From Eledone cirrhosa (lineage: Eukaryota), in assembly GCA_964016885.1 (NCBI GenBank), contig OZ024752.1, positions 5,270,001-5,334,000 of the forward strand: a stretch of DNA of 64,000 nt, in the 5' to 3' direction. Below, piece after piece: positions 54,836 to 64,000 of the stretch (position 1 is its first letter; the number at the start of each line of letters is the position of its first letter). The notes beneath the pieces are model-generated. The model did not search any database. It saw only the letters and a program-made list of their open reading frames with translations, and was not told where the DNA came from. The position numbers and the translations under genes were made by a program.

Positions 54836-54886
54836 AGTTTAAGCAAAGAATCGCTGCTTTCACTCTTAACGGGATCTTCTGAAACT
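54836..54886 (-). ncRNA. Hammerhead-like family H, copy 3 (within a ~275-bp insert, 54819-55095)
   Basis: AGTTT-CAGAAGA-TCCC gttaa GAGT-GAAA-GCA..TGC-TT-AAACT. Confidence 0.55.
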
Positions 54887-55100
54887 AAAAAAATCAATCT
54901 GTGAACGCAGAAGTAAATATTTCGAAAAACGTTGCAACCGAAGGAGACCAGAAGGACGATACTTTGGTTCGTGGAACGTTCCCTGGCAATGAACGGGAAA
55001 AAAAACGAAGATAATACGTCATTATGTGGAGCGATGAGAACAATTACACACAAAGACAAAACCACGTTTATGGTATAAATGAAGTCGTAGACTAAAATAC

Positions 55101-55131
<31 letters not shown>

Positions 55132-55645
55132 GTGTATGTATGTATGTGTGTATATATATGTATATAAGGTTGGGCGTAGGTATGTGTGTATGTTTGCGTG
55201 GGTCGTGCGTGTCGGACCGGATATATGGCGCGACTTAGGCAGGCGCTAATAGGCTTGAGCGGTCGGTGTCTGGAAGTGGGTGTGCCTGGGTCAGTGGAAG
55301 AGAGGGAGAGTGTGTGCGTGTATATATATGTGTGGGGGTGTCTGTGTCTATGCATGTATGCGTACATATGTGTATGCACGCATTTGCCTGTGTGTGTATA
55401 TGTATGTGTGGGTACATACTCAGGAGTGTGAACAGACGTGTGAGATACCGAACCCAGCATGACTCCATTGAAGTGTGTTGGACGGAAATGGCTGATGACC
55501 CGTGTAGCAGTAAATAGTGACCAGAACTTAAGATGACGTGGAGTAACAACAGCCAATGGCATGACAAGAGTGGAAGAGGTTTTTTGAAGGTGTTTTTTTT
55601 TTATGATAACACCCCAGTGATAAAATTTGCTCCGAACGAACTACC

Positions 55646-55736
55646 CGTGTCTGGAGGAACCTGCAGCCGTAGAATCAGCCAGATCCATGCAGTGATCATG
55701 TCTCGAGCTACCTGCCGGCGAAACAATTGTAACACG
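55646..55736 (+). ncRNA. Hammerhead-like motif with altered core and enlarged stem II
   Basis: CGTGT-CTGGAGGA-(~60 nt)-GAAA-CAATTG-T-A-ACACG, then AATAAA at 55738. Confidence 0.5.
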
Positions 55737-55887
55737 CAATAAACTGAGTCCAGATGCATCGCTGATTTTTCGTTTTTTTATACTATATATATATACATAC
55801 ATATGTACGTATATATATATACATATGTACATATATATATATATATATATGTACGTATAAATATATATATATATATATGTATATATA

Positions 55888-56042
55888 TCATCATCATCAT
55901 CATCATCGTTTAACGTCCGTGTTCCCTGCTTGCATGGGTTTGGATGGGAGATTTCCCACTTGAGGCAAGAGTGGTTGTCTTGCTCGCATAGGACTGTCTG
56001 GCGGGTTTTCTACGGCTTGATGCCGTTCCTAACACCAACCAC
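55888..56042 (-). mobile_element. RTE family C 3' terminus
   Basis: Reverse complement of 59555-59706. Confidence 0.88.
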
Positions 56043-56063
56043 ATATATGTACATATACATACA

Positions 56064-57039
56064 TATTCTTTTACTCTTTTACCTGTTCCAGCCATCCAGC
56101 TGAGGCCATGCTGGGGCACCACCCTTATTTCTACACATTTTATCTCCAGCCCGTATTGGTTGGCCACTGGTGTAAGAGGGAGTTTGTTGCTGCTGCCCTT
56201 AGGTTTCTCTCATGTCTTGCTGTGGGCTCATCCGGGATCCTGGATAGCAAGGTGTTGAGATGTTTCTTGAAGACATCCACCTCCACACTGTACAAATCTC
56301 TCAGATCCCTCAGCAGCTTGTTGAAGAGTTGAGGGCCGTTGAACCCCAGAATATTGCAATATCTGCTCCTTATTCTAGATGTGGAAGACGGGTCCTTTGG
56401 CACCACACAGTGACGTCCTGTTCGGGGGTTTTTTCAGCTCCCAATGCCAAAGTTTGGGGCTAGTCCCTCCACGATTTTCCACATGTAGATCACTGCGTAT
56501 CTCTCCCGTCTTCGCTCCAAGGAGTAGAGGTTCAGTTCCTTTAGCCTCTCCCAGTAGATTGTCTCCTTCATCATGGCAATCCTCTTAGTGTAGCTCTGCT
56601 GGATTGCCTCGAGGTCTGTGGTTAGTTTGACACTATGGGGTGACCACAACTGGGAGCAATAGTCCAGGCGGTTTAGTACAAATGTCCTCCAGCGAGTCAT
56701 CTGCATATTGTCACCACTTTCATGATGTGTGAGGAAAAAGATGCATCATCGCTCATGTCTATGCCCAGGTCTCGTATCGATTTTGACATGGGGATATCGG
56801 TCCCTCCTGCACCTGCGTAACTGTATTTGTGTTTGCAGGTTTGTATTGTAGGGCTTGCAATTTGCCAGCATTAAACTGCATGTTGTCTTCTTCCGCCCAT
56901 CTGTATATGGCATCCAAATCTTGTTGCAAAAGGGCAGCGTCAGCCAGGTTTTTGATTGCCTGTGCTACCTTACTGTCATCAGCATAGCTAGTGAGGATGT
57001 TGCTGTATGCACTACAGAGGGCATGTCTGAGAGAGCCAC

Positions 57040-57040
<1 letters not shown>
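56064..57040 (-). mobile_element. CR1-group LINE, RT C-terminal half and 3' end
   Basis: [69 protein letters not shown]; (GTAAAAGA)n-like tail. Confidence 0.88.
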
Positions 57041-57957
<917 letters not shown>

Positions 57958-57958
<1 letters not shown>

Positions 57959-58158
57959 GTGTAGGCAACACGGTAAAAATCTCCCAGCCCCACACTGTAA
58001 ATGTGGTGTTAGGAAGGGCATCCAACTGTAGAAAACCCGCCAGACAGTCCTATGCGAGCAAGACAACCACTCTTGCCTCAAGTGGGAAAACTCCCGTCCA
58101 AACCCATTCAAGCGTGGAACATGGACGTTAAACGATGATGATGATGATGATGATGATG
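57958..58158 (+). mobile_element. RTE family C 3' terminus
   Basis: Matches 59511-59706. Confidence 0.88.
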
Positions 58159-58165
58159 AGATATA

Positions 58166-58215
<50 letters not shown>

Positions 58216-58233
58216 CATATATATATATATACT

Positions 58234-58306
<73 letters not shown>

Positions 58307-58346
58307 ACATACATATATATATATACGTATATATATATATGTATGT

Positions 58347-59706
58347 ATCCATGGGAACTCCTATACGCAGATGATCTAACACTCATAGCTGAATCAATGT
58401 CCGAGCTAGAGAAGAAATTCGAAACATGGAAGCACGGCCTAGAATCAAAAGGCCTTAAAATTAACCTGGCTAAGACTAAAGTTCTAGTTTGTAAGAAAGA
58501 AAATAAGGCGCCGGTCCCTTCCGGGAAGTGGCCATGCTCAGTGTGTAGGAAAGGAGTAGGTAGAAACTCCATTTTGTGTCCCAAATGCAAAGTATGGGTG
58601 CATAAAAGATGTAGTGGGATCACAGGTAAGCTAACTAAGAACATAGATTTTACATGTGGCCGGTGCTCTGGTGCAATAAGTAGCAGCAAGTGCCCACGGA
58701 ATACTAGCTCTTTCAACTGCGCAGAGGGTTCTATAGAAATAGTGGACAGCTTCCATTACCTGGGTGACAAAATCAGCAGTGGGGGAGGGTGCTCTGAAAG
58801 TACAGTAGCTAGAGTCAGAACTGGATGGAAAAAGTTCAGAGAGCTTATACCACTATTAACCGCTAAAGGGTTCTCCCTAAAAATGAAAGGCAGGTTGTAT
58901 GATGCCTGCATACGAACAGCAATGTTGCATGGCAGTGAGACCTGGGCATTGTGTGCAGAGGATATACGCAGACTAGAGAGGAACGAAGCTTGCATGCTTC
59001 GCTGGATGTGTAATAGTAATATACGTGAACTGCAAAGCATAAACGAAGTAAGGAAAAAATTAGAAATAAGAGGGATCAGATGTTGTTTACTCGAGAGAAG
59101 GCTACGTTGGTATGGTCACGTGATGCGCATGAAAGACGATAGCTGTATAACCAAGTGCAGGGCAATAAAGATAGACGGTAGCCACGGAATAGGCAGACCC
59201 AGAAAAACCTGGGACGAGCTGATAAATTCCGACCTCACACACTTACACCTCTCCAAGACAATGTCACTGGACCAAGACCTTTGGCGGTACTCAGTAATAG
59301 AGAAGACCCGCCTTACCTAAATACATAGTAAAACCTACTACAGTCAGTAGGCATCTCTAACAAAATACACCCCGTCCCACCACCCCCACCCATCCACACT
59401 GCCCCTTTCAATGTAAAGTTATGTTGGTGCCACAACATCCAGGCCGAAACAAATGAGATCGTGTAGGTGTCACAACAAAAAAAACACACAGTCCACGCTA
59501 TAATGTGGCCGTGTAGGCAACACGGTAAAAACCTCCCAGCCCCACACTGTAAATGTGGTTGGTGTTAGGAAGGGCATTCAGCTGTAGAAAACCCGCCAGA
59601 TAGTCCTATGCGAGCAAGATAATCACTCTTGCCTCAAGTGGGAAAACCCCCGTCCAAACCCATGCAAGCGTGGAACACGGACGTTAAACGTTGATGATGA
59701 TGATGA
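58347..59706 (+). mobile_element. RTE LINE (family C), young 5'-truncated copy with an uninterrupted frame
   Basis: Open from PWELLYADD to EKTRLT* (59320), then 3' UTR and (TGA)n; flanked by (TA)n on both sides. Confidence 0.95.
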
Positions 59707-59917
59707 TATATGTATATGTATATATATATATGTGTATATATATATATATATGTATGTCTATATATATATATATATGTATGTATGTGTATATATATATATA
59801 TGTATGTATGTGTATATGTATATATATATGTATGTATGTGTATATATATATATATGTATGTATGTGTATATATATATGTATGTATGTGTATATATATATA
59901 AATATATATGTATGTGA

Positions 59918-59950
<33 letters not shown>

Positions 59951-60041
59951 CACATATATATATACATATATATATATATATGTATGTATGTGAATGTATA
60001 TATACATAAATATCATCATCATATATGTATATATATACACA

Positions 60042-60072
<31 letters not shown>

Positions 60073-60303
60073 GTATGTATGTGAATGTATATATATATGT
60101 ATATATATACACATACATATATATATATGTACATATATATATATGTATATATATATATATATGTATGTATGTATGTGTATATATATAATATATATATATA
60201 TATGTATATATGTATGTGTATATATATAATATATATATACTGATTATTACTGGAATTCTATAAGAATCCAACACACATAATTTTCAGCAATCAGGAGGAG
60301 TAA

Positions 60304-60352
60304 TGAGCTTTGATAAGTACCAAAAAGTACGAAACAGAGCTCTGTCAGTTTA
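60304..60352 (+). ncRNA. Type-I hammerhead ribozyme with U3-A8 covariant core and GUC cleavage triplet
   Basis: TGAGCT-TTGATAA-GTAC caaaaa GTAC-GAAA-CAGAGCTCTG-T-C-AGTTTA. Outer helix 60279-60290 pairs with 60362-60373. Confidence 0.78.
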
Positions 60353-60379
60353 TCTCCCCTTTTGCTGAAAATTAAAATA

Positions 60380-60624
60380 AGTGACATTGTCACTATTTTA
60401 AAACGATAGCGTATGGTCTTCAAAATGCTTTTAGCATACAGTGTATTGCAAAATACTTATAGCTATCTAATGCTGTCCCTAGGACATTGAAAATTTGTAA
60501 TATTTTTGCTCAAAACACTCACACTACCATAACTATTACATGTGTAAATTTAAAAAAAAATCGGTTGGGTGGTTTTAGGGAGTCAGACGGACAGACAGAC
60601 ATTCTCTGTTTTAGATATATAGAT
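60380..60624 (+). mobile_element. Non-autonomous Helitron/Helentron-like (DINE/HINE-type) 3' portion
   Basis: ...TGTAAATTT..AAATCGGTTGGGTGGTTTT...CGGACAGACAGACATTCTC..TTTAGATATATAGAT architecture. Confidence 0.55.
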
Positions 60625-60635
60625 ATATATATTCA

Positions 60636-60693
60636 TTAAAATAACAGAGCGAAGAATTGCTGCTTTCAGCCTTAACAGGATCTTCTGAAACTA
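60636..60693 (-). ncRNA. Hammerhead-like family H, copy 4 (3' strand of stem I deleted)
   Basis: AGTTT-CAGAAGA-TCCT gttaa GGCT-GAAA-GCAGCAATTCTTCGC-TC. Confidence 0.45.
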
Positions 60694-60702
60694 GTTTATA
60701 TA

Positions 60703-60767
<65 letters not shown>

Positions 60768-61651
60768 ATGTGTTTCTTAGGTTTTGCTGTCAAAACCAGC
60801 CAGAACCAATAAGATAACAGTGATTAGTGTGATACTGAGATTGATGTAATCAAATAAAAATCTTTTCCCTATAAAAATTGGACAGCTGCCACAGTAAACC
60901 ATCATTATTATCATATGAATGATCAATTATTATCATTAATTGTTTGGCCATTAAGAATTAATGAGCAAAAGCAATTTGCTTTCAATTTCTACATCAAACC
61001 GGATTATTCTGGATTAGTTTCTGAATATTTATAAGCAATGGTTATTCATTTGTATACAATAAATGAACACATAGTTGTGAACATGAGGTAATTGGCAAAT
61101 ATACAGAATGCTGCATGCAGCTTAAAATCCCATGGTGTATGCTTGCTTTTTATATATATATATATATATATAATTTTGTTTGCTTTTGGTGCTTTTTTTT
61201 TCTTTCTTTTGCTGCATGCCTATATCTATGTATACATATGTACAAATAAACACATATGCTCACATACACACACATATTTCCCTTTCTTTCTCTCTCTCTC
61301 CTCCTCTCTCTGTCTCTGTTTCTCTCTGTCTCTTTCTGTATATATATATATATATATGTGTGTATATATCTCTCTCTCTTTCTTAGTATGTTTTGTTTGT
61401 ACACATGCATACATGTGTGTGTGTGTGTGTGTGTGCGTACGTATAACAATAGTTTGAATAATCTGCAATGTAAGACAGAAAATAATCATTCACAAAGATT
61501 CCCATCCCTATATATATATATATATATGTAGGAGGTGAGTTTGATTGTAGTACAATAAAGCAATGCAGATATCGGATAAGAAGCACTCTACAGTTTGTAG
61601 GACTGGAGTATGCATAATATAAGATCAAAAGATGGTTAAAGGAGTTCCATG

Positions 61652-61722
61652 TATTTTATTATGCGCATTTCAAAGACAAACATCATCATGCAATAACATT
61701 TGTGTTTTCATCAGATAAAACA
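61652..61722 (-). ncRNA. Canonical type-I hammerhead ribozyme (left arm)
   Basis: Reverse complement of 62793-62863. Confidence 0.82.
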
Positions 61723-62792
61723 GGAGAACATGATATGAAGGCTAAAAAACACTTGTGGAGTGCAGTTTTAAATCAACATATGAAAAGTGGTTTTAGATTG
61801 ATGTGTGATATTGGGAAAAAAAATATATATATTTTATTTAGAGAGGGGGGTGGGTGGAAAGGATGAAAGGGAAGGAGATGAGAGGGAGATATGGGTGATA
61901 GAGAGAAAGAGATAGTTTTTATAACTGAGAGGAGATATATTTTTTACATAGAGAGGTTGAAAACCGTTGGAAGATACTGTATAAATTAAAAATTTTGAAA
62001 ATTAACGAAGGGAGGATATGTGCGAGGAAAAAATATTTTATTTAGGGAGGGGGGGGATGAAAAAAGGGGGAGGAGATGAGAGTGAAGGTGGAGAGGGAGA
62101 GATGGGTGATAGAGAGAAAGAGATAGTTTTTATAACTGAGAAAAAGATATATTGTTTTAACATAGAGAGGTTGGGAACCGTTGGAAGATAATGTATAAAT
62201 TAAAGGAATTTGAAAATTAACGAAGGGAAATTATGTATGAAGATAGAGAGAATATTCATCCACAATTATTATTTTTTTCTCTCTATCTTCATACATAATT
62301 TCCCTTCGTTAATTTTCAAATTCCTTTAATTTATACATTATCTTCCAACGGTTCCCAACCTCTCTATGTTAAAACAATATATCTTTTTCTCAGTTATAAA
62401 AACTATCTCTTTCTCTCTATCACCCATCTCTCCCTCTCCACCTTCACTCTCATTTCCACCCCCACCCCCCTCCCTAAATAAAATATTTTTTCCTCGCACA
62501 TATCCTCCCTTCGTTAATTTTCAAAATTTTTAATTTATACAGTATCTTCCAACGGTTTTCAACCTCTCTATGTAAAAAATATATCTCCTCTCAGTTATAA
62601 AAACTATCTCTTTCTCTCTATCACCCATCTCTCCCTCTCATCTCCTTCCCTTTCATCCTTTCCACCCCCCCCCCCCTCTCTAAATAAAATATTTTTTCCC
62701 AATATCACACATCAATCTAAAACCACTTTTCATATGTTGATTTAAAACTGCACTATCAACAAGTGTTTTTTAGCCTTCATATCATGTTCTCC

Positions 62793-62863
62793 TGTTTTAT
62801 CTGATGAAAACACAAATGTTATTGCATGATGATGTTTGTCTTTGAAATGCGCATAATAAAATA
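62793..62863 (+). ncRNA. Canonical type-I hammerhead ribozyme (right arm)
   Basis: TGTTTTAT-CTGATGA-(36-nt stem II)-GAAA-TGCGCA-T-A-ATAAAATA; palindromic stem III ATGCGCAT. Confidence 0.82.
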
Positions 62864-63017
62864 CATGGAACTCCTTTAACCATCTTTTGATCTTATATTA
62901 TATATATATATATGTATACCCCACTCCTACAAACTGTAGAGTGCTTCTTATCCGATATCTGCATTGCTTTATTGTACTACAATAAAACTCACCTCCTACA
63001 TATATATATATATATAT

Positions 63018-63340
63018 ACTCCTTTACTCTTTTACCTATTCCAGCCACCTGGCTGAGGCCATGCTGGGGCACCGCCCTTGTTGCTACATATTCTATCTCC
63101 AGCATGTATTGGCTAGCCATTGGTGCAAGAGGGAGTTCGTTGCTGCAGCCTTTGGTTTACATTCATACCTGTGCTGTGCTGTGGGCTCATCCTGGATCAC
63201 AGAGTGTCAAGATGTTTCTTGTAAATATCCACGTCCACACCATGCAGATCCCTTAAATTTCTTGGCAGCTTGTTGAAGATTTGAGGATCTTTAAACCCCA
63301 GGCTATTGCAATATCTGCTCCAATATTGCTTGTACAGGAT
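63018..63340 (-). mobile_element. CR1-group LINE 3' fragment
   Basis: Diverged homologue of 56064-56370. Confidence 0.8.
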
Positions 63341-63518
63341 ATGTTACAGGTTTGTATATATATATATGTGTATATATATATATGTGTATATATATATATA
63401 CATATATATGTATATATATATGTATGTATATATGTATATATACATATATATGTATGTATATATGTATATATACATATATATGTATGTATATATGTATATA
63501 TGCATATATATGTATATA

Positions 63519-63572
<54 letters not shown>

Positions 63573-63644
63573 TATGTATGTATATATATATATATATGTA
63601 TATATATGTATATATATATATGTATACATATATATATATATATA

Positions 63645-63682
63645 TGATGATTTCTAATGAATGAAACAGTTCTAGTCCTGTA
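63645..63682 (+). ncRNA. 5'-truncated hammerhead motif at a (TA)n junction
   Basis: (ta)n-TGATGA-TTTC taat GAAT-GAAA-CAG ttctagtc CTG-T-A; C3 and the 5' strand of stem I are missing. Confidence 0.5.
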
Positions 63683-63770
63683 GAATCTCATCTATATTAA
63701 AACTTTTATACTCTGCTATGTATTGAGTACCTTACTTACTGTGGTTACCTCCGATTCAACCCGGAATAAC

Positions 63771-63830
<60 letters not shown>

Positions 63831-63928
63831 GTATACATATATATATATATATATACATATATATGTATACATATATATGTATATATATATATGTATATAT
63901 ATATATGTATATATATATATATGTATAC

Positions 63929-63981
<53 letters not shown>

Positions 63982-64000
63982 CATATATATACATATATAT

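Larger units (their letters stand above)
61527..63000. mobile_element. 1.47-kb palindromic non-coding element (inverted Penelope-type pseudo-LTR pair)
   Basis: 61527-62252 is the reverse complement of 62277-63000, with a 24-bp spacer, (TA)9 on each side and one hammerhead per arm. Confidence 0.85.

Noticed and set aside
58247-59320. 357-aa ORF as a domesticated host gene
   Set aside because: It is a 5'-truncated RTE starting at the YADD region; the N-terminus is TA repeat and the LINE UTR and tail follow.

Overview
Eukaryotic, very AT-rich, repeat-dense animal DNA. The repeat inventory ((TA)n blocks, RTE LINEs with (TGA)n tails, tRNA-derived SINEs) resembles an octopod cephalopod; this is inference only. 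One host gene is supported: the last four + strand exons of a Roundabout (Robo)-type receptor cytoplasmic tail (8282-8416, 11211-11393, 26014-26315, 37605-37619). The rest is RTE, CR1-like, R4/Dong and Penelope-like retroelement fragments, two SINE families, MITEs, five minisatellites (28, 30, 43, 48 and 60 bp units; at least two arose inside transposons) and kilobases of (TA)n. The long ORFs in the track (poly-YI/IY, 48-bp repeat frames) are repeat artefacts. The most interesting signal is absent from the ORF track: about a dozen type-I hammerhead-ribozyme motifs in small non-coding elements embedded in (TA)n. They include a 1.47-kb near-perfect palindrome with two intact outward-facing hammerheads, an intact-looking U3-A8 covariant hammerhead, and a four-copy family with a fixed non-canonical CAGAAGA core. 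All folds and family names were assigned by eye and from recalled motifs, not by computation. TE boundaries are approximate.
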